A stretch of 63,609 nt of DNA, counting the filler, from Acidimicrobiia bacterium (lineage in GTDB: Bacteria; Actinomycetota; Acidimicrobiia; Spongiisociales; SHLN01): NCBI GenBank assembly GCA_041619515.1. It is 3 parts of 3 records of this genome, joined end to end, with 100 filler letters (N's around TTAATTAATTAA, not from the genome) between each part and the next. Parts side by side here need not be neighbours in the genome. Positions count along the whole stretch, not along the records: positions 1 to 25,190 come from JBFKDW010000043.1; positions 25,291 to 49,314 come from JBFKDW010000044.1; 1 more part is not named here. One strand, 5' to 3'. The first letter of the stretch is position 1. Every line of letters starts with the position of its first letter. The position numbers and the translations under genes are program-made. Shown piece after piece: positions 20,096 through 29,808 of this stretch. The notes beneath the pieces are model-generated. The model searched no databases, had not been told where the DNA came from, and saw only the letters and a list, made by a program, of their open reading frames with translations.

Positions 20096-20743
20096 CTAGT
20101 TGTTCTCCCCACCACCCGACAGACCGATGTCTCCGGCGGGTGGAGCCTCCTTGAGCGGCTGCGCACACAAGAAGGGGGTCGATCGGGTGCCACCGGTGTG
20201 GTAGCTGTAAATCTTGCCACCGTGGGACAGCTCGATGAGCGATCCATCCTCCGGCACCTGCCGGTACACCATGTCGGGGTGGGGGCAACCGAGGCTCGAG
20301 TCGGGCCACACCACCAGCACCGCCGAGTGCACCTCGATATCGGTGGAAGCCACCTCCAACCGGTTCGCCAGATCCTTGATGGCCAGGTCGACCAGGGAGC
20401 CGAGGCCGGGATCGATATCGCCTGAATCGAACAAGGGGGTGTCGCTTCCTGTCGGGGGGTTCTCGGCTTCGAATGGTACGCCGCCGCCCGGGTCGTCTGG
20501 CGGGGCATCGGGGTCCACGCCGTAATCACTGCCGGGAGCGGTCGAGGAGGTTGTTCCGTCGCTACCGGGGAGGACGGTCGTGGTGGATCCGCCGACACCA
20601 CCCGGCACGGTCTGGTCAGGCGACTCTTGGGAAACCGGAGAATCGGTGCCCGCGGTTGACGTCTCCGACGAGGTACCGCCGCAGGCCGACGCCACCATGG
20701 CCAGCGCCAGCACGATACCGAGGACCCTAAATGATGTGCGCAC
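20096..20743 (-). CDS. lipoprotein with Ser/Thr/Pro-rich linker and C-terminal WPDSSLGCP domain
   Basis: lipobox VASAC; GGAGAG RBS. Confidence 0.8.
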   Translation of the reverse strand: MRTSFRVLGIVLALAMVASACGGTSSETSTAGTDSPVSQESPDQTVPGGVGGSTTTVLPGSDGTTSSTAPGSDYGVDPDAPPDDPGGGVPFEAENPPTGSDTPLFDSGDIDPGLGSLVDLAIKDLANRLEVASTDIEVHSAVLVVWPDSSLGCPHPDMVYRQVPEDGSLIELSHGGKIYSYHTGGTRSTPFLCAQPLKEAPPAGDIGLSGGGENN

Positions 20744-20773
20744 CGCTCACTCTCCGTAGCTCCCTACACCCCT

Positions 20774-20801
20774 TTGACGGTATCAGTCTCGCGCAGGTTC
20801 C
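20774..20801 (-). promoter_or_regulatory. ECF sigma-type promoter
   Basis: GGAACC-N16-CGTCAA on the minus strand, 30 nt upstream of the lipoprotein start. Confidence 0.65.
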
Positions 20802-20876
20802 CGGCTTTCACGTCCGGAGCACGGGTAGGTGACGACGAGGCCCCGAAGGCGGCCTCCCCGCGCCAGAATGGCACCC

Positions 20877-22184
20877 ATGCCGACACGCGTGCTCATCCTC
20901 GGTGCTGCCGGGCGTGACTTCCACAACTTCAACGTCCTGTACCGCGACGATCCCGATTTCGAAGTGGTCGGATTCACTGCCACCCAGATTCCCAACATCG
21001 ATGGCCGGCGCTATCCGCCGGAACTGGCCGGGGCCCTGTACCCGGACGGGATCGACATCTATCCAGAGTCGGAGCTGGAGCGCCTGGTGGGCGACTACGA
21101 CGTCGACCTCGTCGTGTTCTCCTACTCCGATATCACCCATGAGCACGTCATGCACCTGGGGGCCCGGGCGGTGGCGGCCGGCGCTGCCTACGCTCTCCCC
21201 GGCGCCGAGACCATGCTGGCATCGTCCAAGCCCGTGATTGCCGTCACCGCCACCCGCACCGGAGCCGGCAAGAGCCCCACCAGCCGCAAGATCCACCACC
21301 TCCTCACCGACGCCGGCAAACAGGTGGTGGCGGTGCGCCACCCCATGCCGTACGGCGACCTGGTCGCACAGCGGGTGCAGCGCTTCGCAACGTTCGAGGA
21401 CCTGAGCGCCGCCGGCGTCACCATCGAGGAGCGCGAAGAGTACGAGCGCTACGTGGCCTCCGGCACCGTCATCTACGCCGGTGTCGACTACGGCGCCATC
21501 CTGCACGCGGCCGAAACCGAGGCCGAGATCATCCTGTGGGATGGTGGCAACAACGACCTTCCCTTCTTCCGGCCGGACCTGCACATCTGTGTCGCCGACG
21601 CCCACCGGGCGGGGCACGGACTGTCGTACTGGCCGGGCGAAGCCAACCTTCGGCGAGCGGACATTGTGCTCATCAACAAGGTCGACACCGCCACCCGCGA
21701 ACAGCTGGCAGACGTTGAGGCGGCCGTTGCCGCCGCCAACCCCGCCGCCCAGGTCATCCGGGCGGCCGGTCCCATCCGGGTCGACGACCCGGGCCTCGTA
21801 ACGGGGAAACGGGTGCTGGTGCTCGACGACGGGCCCACTATCACTCACGGCGGCATGCCGCACGGCGCCGGTGTGATCGCCGCCCGCAACCTGGGAGCAG
21901 CCGAAATCATCGACCCGCGGCCGTACGCGGTCGGGACCATCCAGGCGGTCTACGAGGCCTACCCCCATATCGGCGATGTGCTGCCGGCGATGGGATACGG
22001 GGAAGAACAGCAGCAAGAGCTGCGGGCCACGATCGATCGGGCAGAACCGGACACGGTGGTGGTCGGCACTCCCATCGACCTGGCGTCGCTGCTCGAGCTT
22101 GACCTCCCCCACACCCGGGTGCACTACACGGTCGAGGAACAAGGCTCGCCAACGCTTGCCGAGGTCCTGGCCCGCTATCTGTGA
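20877..22184 (+). CDS. cyclic 2,3-diphosphoglycerate synthetase-like / arginine-synthetase-like P-loop ligase (COG2403-type)
   Basis: GAAGRDFHNFN, RTGAGKS, RHPMPYG, TIEEREEYE and WDGGNND motifs. Confidence 0.82.
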   Translation: MPTRVLILGAAGRDFHNFNVLYRDDPDFEVVGFTATQIPNIDGRRYPPELAGALYPDGIDIYPESELERLVGDYDVDLVVFSYSDITHEHVMHLGARAVAAGAAYALPGAETMLASSKPVIAVTATRTGAGKSPTSRKIHHLLTDAGKQVVAVRHPMPYGDLVAQRVQRFATFEDLSAAGVTIEEREEYERYVASGTVIYAGVDYGAILHAAETEAEIILWDGGNNDLPFFRPDLHICVADAHRAGHGLSYWPGEANLRRADIVLINKVDTATREQLADVEAAVAAANPAAQVIRAAGPIRVDDPGLVTGKRVLVLDDGPTITHGGMPHGAGVIAARNLGAAEIIDPRPYAVGTIQAVYEAYPHIGDVLPAMGYGEEQQQELRATIDRAEPDTVVVGTPIDLASLLELDLPHTRVHYTVEEQGSPTLAEVLARYL

Positions 22185-22284
22185 TCATCGGCACCGTCGT
22201 GCCGAAGGCATACCCGTTTCACTCCGCATCGGCCGGCATGGAAGCGTAGGTTCGGTGGGTACCCCACGATGGGAGGGAGCACGC

Positions 22285-22536
22285 ATGCCGACGTTCATGG
22301 ATGTGCACACAGTGCAGGGTGGCGTGTCGGCAACTGATGTCGCCCAGGCGCATCAGGCCGACCTGGCAACCCAGGACAAGTACGGAGTGAACTACAAGCA
22401 CTACTGGGTCGACGAGGACGCCGGAAAGATCTTCTGCCTGGTGGATGCGCCCGACGCCGCGACTGCGGCCACGGTGCATCGCGAGGCCCACGGTTTGGTA
22501 GCCGACGAGATCTACGAGGTCTCCTCCGAGGGCTGA
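22285..22536 (+). CDS. DUF4242 / SCO4226-like nickel-binding protein
   Basis: FMDVH...AHQADL...YWVDE..GKIFCL..AP...VHREAHG; GGAGGGAG RBS. Confidence 0.88.
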   Translation: MPTFMDVHTVQGGVSATDVAQAHQADLATQDKYGVNYKHYWVDEDAGKIFCLVDAPDAATAATVHREAHGLVADEIYEVSSEG

Positions 22537-22554
22537 TCGAGCCTTCGGCCGACC

Positions 22555-23880
22555 TCATGTTGAGCCGAGCCCGGGTGGGACGAGCACGTTCGGGTTGAGA
22601 ATACGCGCCGGGTCGAGGGCTGCTTTCAGCCGCCGCAGCTCCTCGATGTCGGGGCGGGCGGCCGCGGCCCGGTGCCGCTTGATGGTTCCGACGCCGTGCT
22701 CGGCGGCGATCGACCCGCCGAGTTCCTCGAGGGCGTCGAAGACCGCTTCATCATCCACATCCCCGATCACGTTTACGTGCAGATTGGCGGTGGGCTCACC
22801 ATGGCGATTCGAGAAGGCGTGGCCCCACACGAACACGCGGCTTCCGGGCGAAGCGGCCTCGACCCGGGAGCGGACGTCGTCGAGGGACCGATGGGGAACC
22901 CGGACATCGAACTTGTGGGGGATGCCCCGGCGGGAGACCGCTTCGGTCAGGGCCTCCCGGAACAGCCACAGCTCGTTCCCGGCGGCCGGGTTGCCGGCCA
23001 CGACGGCCGGCAGGTCGCCCACCGCTTCACCGAGTGGCTCGGTCGGGTCGGAGTCGGACCGGCACTCGACCAGGAGCAGCCAGTCGCCGGAGAGTGGTGC
23101 GGTGCGCCCGATGTCGGCGGCCGCCAACTCCACCTCTTGTCCGCCGAACAGCTCGAGCGCATACAGGGACGGCAGACGCCCCAGCCGGCCGACCAGGGGA
23201 GCAAGGCGCTCCGGCGGGACTTCGACCATGGCCACTGCCACCTCCCGGGGGTCGGCTCCGATGGCCAGGGTCGCGTGGACGACCACGCCGAGAATGCCTT
23301 CGCTGCCGGCCAGGTACTCGGTCAGCTCGGCGGCGGGATCATCCGGGCCGAGGTCCCCGATCGAAGGGATGTATCGACCGTCTGCCAACACCACTCCGGC
23401 ATCCACCACCTGGTCGGCCATCGGCCCGAAACGGACAACGTTCATGCCGCCGGCGTTGGTGGCGATCATTCCCCCCACGGTGGCCGAATCGCGAGCAGTG
23501 GTGTCGACCCCGAAACGCCCTCCCACCGACGCTGCGGCCGCCTGGAGACGAGCGAGCGTCACCCCCGCCCCGGCCCATACCCGTGTATTCGACACGACCT
23601 GCAGGCGTGCCAGCCGGGCCACGCTCATCACCAGCTCGCCGGCGAGAGGCACCCCGCCGCCCACCAATCCCGTGTTGCCTCCCTGCACCACGACGGGATG
23701 GCCTTCGCGGTGGCAGATGGCCAGCACGGCAGCCAGCTCCTCCACGCTCCCCGGCCGGATCACGGCGGGTGTATAGCCGCGAAACCGGCCCGTCCAGTCC
23801 ACCTCATAGCCGGCGCGTAGATCCGGATCGGTCAAGCAATGGTCCGGGCCGACCACGGCTACCAGGTCGTCGAGCAGCAT
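22555..23880 (-). CDS. FAD-binding oxidoreductase (D-2-hydroxyacid dehydrogenase-like, VAO/PCMH family)
   Basis: QGGNTGLVGG, TNAGG, GSEGILGV, NLHVN, AEHGVG, LDP..ILNP. Confidence 0.9.
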   Translation of the reverse strand: MLLDDLVAVVGPDHCLTDPDLRAGYEVDWTGRFRGYTPAVIRPGSVEELAAVLAICHREGHPVVVQGGNTGLVGGGVPLAGELVMSVARLARLQVVSNTRVWAGAGVTLARLQAAAASVGGRFGVDTTARDSATVGGMIATNAGGMNVVRFGPMADQVVDAGVVLADGRYIPSIGDLGPDDPAAELTEYLAGSEGILGVVVHATLAIGADPREVAVAMVEVPPERLAPLVGRLGRLPSLYALELFGGQEVELAAADIGRTAPLSGDWLLLVECRSDSDPTEPLGEAVGDLPAVVAGNPAAGNELWLFREALTEAVSRRGIPHKFDVRVPHRSLDDVRSRVEAASPGSRVFVWGHAFSNRHGEPTANLHVNVIGDVDDEAVFDALEELGGSIAAEHGVGTIKRHRAAAARPDIEELRRLKAALDPARILNPNVLVPPGLGST

Positions 23881-23915
23881 TCAGGCACCTTACCGACGGC
23901 TGGTACCGTCACGGT

Positions 23916-25022
23916 ATGAAATCCCCACTCGACCCGCCGACCCGCCTGCTGTTGGGGCCGGGCCCATCTCCGGTCGATCCCGCCGTTCTGGATGCTCTCT
24001 CCAAGCCGGTCATCGGGCACCTCGACCCGGCGTTCGTCGCCATCATGGATGAGACCAGCGAGCGCCTCCGCAGGGTATTCCGGACCCGCAACCCGCTGAC
24101 CTTCCCCGTGTCGGGAACGGGCAGCGCCGGCATGGAAACGGCTTTAGTCAACCTGCTGGAGCCGGGCGACAGGTTTGTGATCGGCGTCAACGGGTTGTTC
24201 GGCGCACGCATGGCCGACGTCGCGGCGAGGGCGGGTGCCGACGTCACCACGGTCGAGTCGTCGTGGGGCGATATCGTCGATCCCGACCGGCTCGGCCAGG
24301 CGGTCCGGAGCGTGAAGCCCAAGGCCGTGGCACTGGTGCACGCCGAGACATCGACGGGCGCTCGCAGCCCCGTCGACCTGGTCCGCCGCGAGATCGGTCC
24401 CGGCCCGCTGCTGGTCGTCGACTCGGTTACCGGTCTCGCCGGTATACCGCTGGAGGTGGACAAATGGGGTATCGACGTCTGTTTCTCCGGAACCCAGAAG
24501 TGCTTGAGCGTGCCACCCGGCCTCGCACCGATAACCTTCTCGGCCCGGGCTGCGCAGGCGGTGGCCGAGCGCACGTCACCGGTGCAGTCGTGGTATCTGG
24601 ACGTTTCCTTGCTCCGCACGTACTGGGAGGAGGGCGAGGGTGCCCGTGCCTACCATCACACCGCCCCCGTCTCGATGGTCTATGGCCTGTGGGAGGGCCT
24701 CCGCCTCGTGCTGGAGGAGGGGCTGGAGGAGCGGTGGAACCGCCATAAGGAGGTTGGAGAATTCCTCGAAAGCGAGCTCACCGACATGGGCTTCAAGCTC
24801 CTCGCCCGCCGCGGGTACCGGCTCCCACAGTTGACGGCGGTCACGTTGCCCCGAGGAGTGCACGATTCGCTGCGGTCCCGCCTTCTCACCGATTTCGACA
24901 TCGAGATCGGCGCCGGCGTCGGTGCCGGCGCCGGCAAGGTGTGGCGAATCGGGCTCATGGGCTTCGGCGCCAAGAAGGAGAACGTCATCCGCCTGGTCCA
25001 ATCGCTCCGGGCGATCATCTGA
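23916..25022 (+). CDS. alanine-glyoxylate/serine-pyruvate aminotransferase (class V)
   Basis: LLLGPGPS, GTGSAGME, HAETSTG, GTQKCL, YHHT, WRIGLMG; leaderless-type start. Confidence 0.92.
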   Translation: MKSPLDPPTRLLLGPGPSPVDPAVLDALSKPVIGHLDPAFVAIMDETSERLRRVFRTRNPLTFPVSGTGSAGMETALVNLLEPGDRFVIGVNGLFGARMADVAARAGADVTTVESSWGDIVDPDRLGQAVRSVKPKAVALVHAETSTGARSPVDLVRREIGPGPLLVVDSVTGLAGIPLEVDKWGIDVCFSGTQKCLSVPPGLAPITFSARAAQAVAERTSPVQSWYLDVSLLRTYWEEGEGARAYHHTAPVSMVYGLWEGLRLVLEEGLEERWNRHKEVGEFLESELTDMGFKLLARRGYRLPQLTAVTLPRGVHDSLRSRLLTDFDIEIGAGVGAGAGKVWRIGLMGFGAKKENVIRLVQSLRAII

Positions 25023-25190
25023 TCGGTGAGATTCGGGGCGCAACGGGCCGAAGTCGGGGCCCCGGCAGCCTTTCGTACTATTTTGAGCCCGGCTGCCCAC
25101 CGCAGGAAGCGCCCAGGACACACATGCCGAGCCGAGTTCGCATCAAGACCGCGATGGGCCGACCGCTCGATGTCGGCCATCCCTCCAATC

Positions 25191-25290
25191 NNNNNNNNNN
25201 NNNNNNNNNNNNNNNNNNNNNNNNNNNNNNNNNNTTAATTAATTAANNNNNNNNNNNNNNNNNNNNNNNNNNNNNNNNNNNNNNNNNNNN
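25191..25290. other. artificial contig linker / gap
   Basis: N runs flanking TTAATTAATTAA (stops in all six frames). Confidence 0.97.
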
Positions 25291-25480
25291 GCCCCAGATG
25301 TCGGTGTCACCGATCTGTGTCATTGCCAGCATCCAAGCATCCGACCGAACACCGCGCCCAAGCTACCTGCCGGCGCGGGCCCGGTGCCACGCCCATCGCG
25401 CGTGGCGTGGGCTTCCCGGCGCCTGCAGCCGCGGAGATGGGGATGGGTAGTCTGGCCGCCGAGCTCTCGACGGGGAGGAC

Positions 25481-26683
25481 ATGAAACTCGCTTCGCTGCG
25501 GCCGCCACAGCTGCGAACGAAGGATGAGGTCCGGCACCGGACCGCCACCTGGCTGGAGCTCTTCTACGACCTCGTGTTCGTTGTCGCCGTGGCCGGCCTC
25601 GGCCACCGGCTGCTGGTGGATCCGACCTGGCGGGGCGGCCTCAGATTCATGGTGTTGTTCATTCCTCTGTGGTGGGCATGGGCCGGATACACGTTCTACG
25701 CCGATCGGTATGACACCGATGACCTCGGGCAGCGCACGCTGGCTGCGGCTCAAATCATGGCGGTCGCATTCATGGCCGCCAGCGTGGGGGGTGAAGAGAC
25801 CGACTCGACGTTTTCCTTTGCTCTTGCCTTCATCGGGGCACGCTGTGTCCTCGTAGCGATGTACCTGCGGGCTCGCCGCCACGTGCCCGAAACCAGGGAG
25901 CTCGTCACCGGCTACATCACCGGGATGTCCATCGCCATCGCCATTTGGGCCGTGTCGCTGCTGCCGGTCGGCGATGCCCGCATCGCCGTGTGGGCCGTCG
26001 CCCTGGCGATCGACTTCTACACCCCATACCGGCTCAGGAAGATCCAGGCCAAGGTCCCTCTCGACGTGTCGCATCTGCCCGAGCGCTTCGGGCTCTTCAC
26101 CATCCTGGTCCTCGGCGAATCCATTGCGGCGGTCGTCGCCGGCCTCGAGCACGAAGGATGGAAGCTGGTGCCCTTCTTCGCCGCCATCCTCGGGGTGGTC
26201 ATCGCCACCGGTCTGTGGTGGCTCTATTTCGACAACCTGGAAGGTTCCGTCGTCCGGCGCCGGGTGGGCCAGCGCACCGCCTGGAAGCCGACCATGTGGA
26301 TCTACAGCCACCTCCCGCTCGCATTCTCTTTGACGGCATCGGGCATCGGGCTGGAGTTCATCGTCACCGACCATTTCGGCATGGCCGAGCGAATGGTCGT
26401 CACCCTGGGAGTCTCCGGGGCCCTCGCGGCGATGGGTCTGATCCACGTCGCCACCGAAGCGGGGCCGGAGAGGCGGGATGCGGCCAAGGCCAGCATCCGA
26501 TTTGGAGCGGCCGGACTGGTGGGGGTGGCCGGGCTGGTGGGAGCGCCGCTGGCACCGAACTGGTTTGCGGTCTTGATTGCGGTCATCGTGGTGAGCCAGG
26601 TGTTCCTCGACCTCGCTCTGGAGCCGGGCGAGGCACCGACGGTCCCGGCGGGCGTGGACATCGATGCGGGCCGGGACGACTAG
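25481..26683 (+). CDS. ltrA: low temperature requirement protein A family membrane protein
   Basis: WLELFYDLVFV, ERFGLFTILVLGE, LWWLYF; multiple TM helices. Confidence 0.9.
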   Translation: MKLASLRPPQLRTKDEVRHRTATWLELFYDLVFVVAVAGLGHRLLVDPTWRGGLRFMVLFIPLWWAWAGYTFYADRYDTDDLGQRTLAAAQIMAVAFMAASVGGEETDSTFSFALAFIGARCVLVAMYLRARRHVPETRELVTGYITGMSIAIAIWAVSLLPVGDARIAVWAVALAIDFYTPYRLRKIQAKVPLDVSHLPERFGLFTILVLGESIAAVVAGLEHEGWKLVPFFAAILGVVIATGLWWLYFDNLEGSVVRRRVGQRTAWKPTMWIYSHLPLAFSLTASGIGLEFIVTDHFGMAERMVVTLGVSGALAAMGLIHVATEAGPERRDAAKASIRFGAAGLVGVAGLVGAPLAPNWFAVLIAVIVVSQVFLDLALEPGEAPTVPAGVDIDAGRDD

Positions 26684-26691
26684 CTAGACCG

Positions 26692-28272
26692 CTATTGGTA
26701 GGTGATCAGGTCCGGGATCGGGTCCACCCGCGTGAAGACCTCCCCCGGCGTGAACATGTTGGTGTCTTCATCGATGAACAGCTTGAACCCGTTGTACCAC
26801 GGGGGCGGATCGAGGTGGAGGAACCCGTAGGTGGTGAGCTTGAGGGCCTGGCTCCCGATGCCGTCGACGTGGATGACGCTGACGAGACCGGGGCGGGCGA
26901 CGAGATCGTCGCGATCGCGGATCATGCTGAACGTGAACTGATGGATGATGAAGAGCTTCTCGGGCAGGCCTTCCTCGCGCACGATATCGGCCAGCCATGC
27001 CGAGACCTCGTTGACCTCGGCAGCATCGACCGACCCGATGACCTTTCCCGGAACTTCGGTGGGCCCCATGCGCCACTCGGGGTCGAGCGCCAACCCGACG
27101 CCCGGCTGGCGAAGCAGGGGCTCGTAGCGCTTGACCTCGTCGACGAACGAAGACCGGCCCGGCTGAATGTCGAGTATGACGAGCATGTCGTGTGCCCTGG
27201 CGGCATTGATCCACGGCTGCAGGTCCTCGAGAGCGGTCGGGGCGCTGTAGTCACCGTCAGGGCCGGCGGAGGCCTGCGCCACCGAGGCGATGAGCTCGAA
27301 TGCGCCGATGGCGGGGCGTTCCGCCGTGGCGAAGGGCGCTGCCGCCGCTTTCACCCGGTCGACCGCTCGCGCCGGCCCTGTTTCCCCCAGGACGCCGAGC
27401 GCCGCCGACGAGGAATTTCCGTAGTAGGCAACGACCCGGTGACCGGGGAAGATGCGCCCCCAGAGGGGGCTGCCGGCATTCTGGAGCGAGAAACGGCCAG
27501 CCCGTACGATCAGGTCGGCGGACGCGTACGAGTAGCTGCTGCTACCCGAGCCCGGCCAATGATGGTTGCGCAACGAGACCGTCTCGTCGCCGGGCCGCAC
27601 CAGGCCAAGCGTGTCGTCCCCGTCCCCGTCCCAGTCGCCCACCACGAACTGGTCGGAGACATCGCCGTAGGCGAACGCTGCGTCGGCGTTTCCGGTTGAT
27701 TGGGCGTTGCGCGTGTACACGGTTCCCGTGGCGGCCCGGTAGAGGCCGACCGAGTCGATGCCGTCACCGTCGAAGTCGCCGGCGAACGGCCGGTCTCCGG
27801 GGACGCCGAAAAAGAACTCGACGTCGGCGGCAGCGGTGCGAAGCGAGTTGCCGAGGAATACCCGGCCGGTGGAAGGCCGGTAGACGCCGAGGGTGTCGCA
27901 GCCGTCGCCGTCCCAGTCGCCAACCAGCGGGACATCCCCGCCTACTCCAAAGTAGAACTCGCGATCGGGCGGTCCTGCGTCGTTGGTGTTGCGGAGGTAG
28001 GCGAACCCGTCGCCCTCCCGGTACATCCCGATGGTGGCGACGCCGTTGCAGTCCCAGTCACCCACCAGCGGGGTATCCCGTGGGTCGCCGTAGAAGAACG
28101 TGTAAGCGGGATAGGCATCTCCGAGGCGGTGAAAGAACCAGCGCCCGTCCGAAGGATCGTAGGCGGCCAGACCGCTTGCGGACGATAGTTCGGCGCCGTC
28201 GGCGCCACCGGCCGGAAGCAGCGCGGCGAGTGCGCCGAACATGAGCATGATGGTCAGTCGGGGAGCACGCAT
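26692..28272 (-). CDS. secreted protein: N-terminal GDWDGDG repeats plus C-terminal glycoside-hydrolase-like domain
   Basis: signal peptide, four GD(W/F)DxxG repeats; VAYYG..LGVLGE, LDIQPGR, LALDPEW, HVDGIG, GFKLF. Confidence 0.8.
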   Translation of the reverse strand: MRAPRLTIMLMFGALAALLPAGGADGAELSSASGLAAYDPSDGRWFFHRLGDAYPAYTFFYGDPRDTPLVGDWDCNGVATIGMYREGDGFAYLRNTNDAGPPDREFYFGVGGDVPLVGDWDGDGCDTLGVYRPSTGRVFLGNSLRTAAADVEFFFGVPGDRPFAGDFDGDGIDSVGLYRAATGTVYTRNAQSTGNADAAFAYGDVSDQFVVGDWDGDGDDTLGLVRPGDETVSLRNHHWPGSGSSSYSYASADLIVRAGRFSLQNAGSPLWGRIFPGHRVVAYYGNSSSAALGVLGETGPARAVDRVKAAAAPFATAERPAIGAFELIASVAQASAGPDGDYSAPTALEDLQPWINAARAHDMLVILDIQPGRSSFVDEVKRYEPLLRQPGVGLALDPEWRMGPTEVPGKVIGSVDAAEVNEVSAWLADIVREEGLPEKLFIIHQFTFSMIRDRDDLVARPGLVSVIHVDGIGSQALKLTTYGFLHLDPPPWYNGFKLFIDEDTNMFTPGEVFTRVDPIPDLITYQ

Positions 28273-28370
28273 CGTGCAGGACGGTACCGCGGGCAGCCTT
28301 CGCCGGCGTGGTCCGACGGCGCAGCGAACACCGGGTCTCGCAGAAGGGCCGTCTTGCTAACCTCCTGGCC

Positions 28371-28443
28371 GGGTCGCTAGCTCAATTGGCAGAGCAGGAG
28401 CCTCTTAAGCTCAAGGTTGTGGGTTCAAGTCCCACGCGACCCA
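28371..28443 (+). tRNA. tRNA-Lys(CTT), CCA not encoded
   Basis: cloverleaf GGGTCGC/GCGACCC, anticodon loop CT-CTT-AA, T-loop TTCAAGT. Confidence 0.95.
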
Positions 28444-28447
28444 CAAT

Positions 28448-28534
28448 GCGGGTGTAGCCGAACTGGTATAGGCGCCAGATTTAGGATCTGGTGGGTTCGT
28501 CCCATTGGGGGTTCGAGTCCCTCCACCCGCACCA
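28448..28534 (+). tRNA. tRNA-Leu(TAG) with encoded CCA
   Basis: GCGGGTG/CACCCGC acceptor stem, TT-TAG-GA loop, long variable arm, GTTCGAGTC. Confidence 0.95.
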
Positions 28535-28535
28535 G

Positions 28536-29378
28536 TCAGTGGGCGCGGTCGCGGATGCCTGCCAGCTCCACCCCCTGCGATGCGATCCACTCCCTGAACC
28601 GGCGATCGCCGAACAGCTCGTATTCGGCGATGCGCCAGGCGGCGGACTCCGGATGAACCGTCTCGATATCACCGGGAGCGCTGCAATGAAGCGAGAGAAA
28701 CGTCGTGCCCGCCTGCACATTTGCGATGAGGCGCTGGTACACCTCCCGGCACGGCTCGTCCTGGTGGTTGTAGCCGATGACGAACATGTCGGCGACCGAC
28801 AGACCGAGGCCGGCGAGCTCCCGACGGGCCTCCGCTACCGGCGCCGGGTCGGCTTCGCCGATGTCGAGGTCGGCGAAGTACCCGGCGACATCGGCCGGAA
28901 CCAGCGCGGGAATTCCCAATTCGGCGGCGAGCCGAACCGTGACCTCGACGAATTCGGGGGCGGCCGCCGCGCCCATGTGGTGATCGAAATGGGTTATGTC
29001 GATGCCCGAGTCGAGGGCCAACTGCACCTGAGCCCTCAGCTCGATCTCAACCGCCTCGGGAGAGGCATGCCTGCGCACCTGGGACGTCGACGGCCACAAC
29101 CACCCGGCCGGCTCTGTCAGCTCGCTCGTATGCGGGCCCTCCGACACCGGCCCCCACCGGAAGGATTGCGATTCGCTGGTCAGCGTGAGATGCACGCCCA
29201 GGTCGAGGCCGGGCCGGCGCCGGTTCAGTGCAACCACCTCGCCGAACAGTGCGCTCGGTACGATGATCGATCCGCTGGTGACCGAGCCGAGCCGGGTCAG
29301 CTCGTCGAAGGCAGCGATTGATCCCGCCGAACAACCGATGTCGTCGAGATGCGAAATGATGACCGGGGTCGGATCCAA
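28536..29378 (-). CDS. ChbG/HpnK (YdjC) family carbohydrate deacetylase
   Basis: HLDDIG, DLGVHLTLTSE and THFDHHM motifs; TTG 29378 start inferred. Confidence 0.85.
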   Translation of the reverse strand: MDPTPVIISHLDDIGCSAGSIAAFDELTRLGSVTSGSIIVPSALFGEVVALNRRRPGLDLGVHLTLTSESQSFRWGPVSEGPHTSELTEPAGWLWPSTSQVRRHASPEAVEIELRAQVQLALDSGIDITHFDHHMGAAAAPEFVEVTVRLAAELGIPALVPADVAGYFADLDIGEADPAPVAEARRELAGLGLSVADMFVIGYNHQDEPCREVYQRLIANVQAGTTFLSLHCSAPGDIETVHPESAAWRIAEYELFGDRRFREWIASQGVELAGIRDRAH

Positions 29379-29386
29379 GAAGGCCG

Positions 29387-29686
29387 CTACGTCGCCTTCT
29401 TGCGGGCCGCCCGCTGCTTGCGGCGGCTGAGCGCAAGGCTCCCGAACCCGCTGATCACCGCCATGTAGAAGCCGAAGTCGTACCACCAACCCGTGTTGTT
29501 CGGCTCGTACACCCGGATGTCTGAATCGAAGATCTCCCAGATGAGGGTGAACGGCGCAATCCAGCCGTGCCATACCCCATGGAAGAAATTGGCTCGATCG
29601 TCGGCTGCGAAGCTGTCGCTGCCCGGGGCACAGGCAGCCAGCATCAGCGCCAGGACGATAACCAACAGCAGGGTCCGCTTGCGCAT
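29387..29686 (-). CDS. small membrane lipoprotein
   Basis: lipobox LAAC, FFHGVWHGWIAP...YEPNNTGWWYDFGF; GGGAG RBS. Confidence 0.8.
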   Translation of the reverse strand: MRKRTLLLVIVLALMLAACAPGSDSFAADDRANFFHGVWHGWIAPFTLIWEIFDSDIRVYEPNNTGWWYDFGFYMAVISGFGSLALSRRKQRAARKKAT

Positions 29687-29808
29687 GTGCTCCCTTCCTA
29701 TCAGTCGCACAAGCTACCAGCGCGCCTCCGGGGCGTGCAGCGGTATTTTCTCGCTTCGAGAACGCGAAACCTAAGATATCGGTACTTCCCTGCCGATAAC
29801 GGAATGGC

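Noticed and set aside
23034..23915. Long N-terminal extensions or fusions suggested by the ORF track (aminotransferase 662 aa, GH57 1145 aa, ABC-F 737 aa, YdjC 468 aa, YchF 501 aa)
   Set aside because: The extensions overlap other real genes and are low-complexity; better internal starts exist.
25191..25290. AT-rich palindrome TTAATTAATTAA as a biological site (also 49359-49370)
   Set aside because: It is a six-frame-stop contig linker embedded in Ns; gene neighbourhoods across it are not meaningful.
28371..28536. Genomic island integrated at the tRNA-Lys/Leu pair or at ssrA
   Set aside because: No integrase is present, and I saw no duplicated tRNA/tmRNA 3' end in the window.
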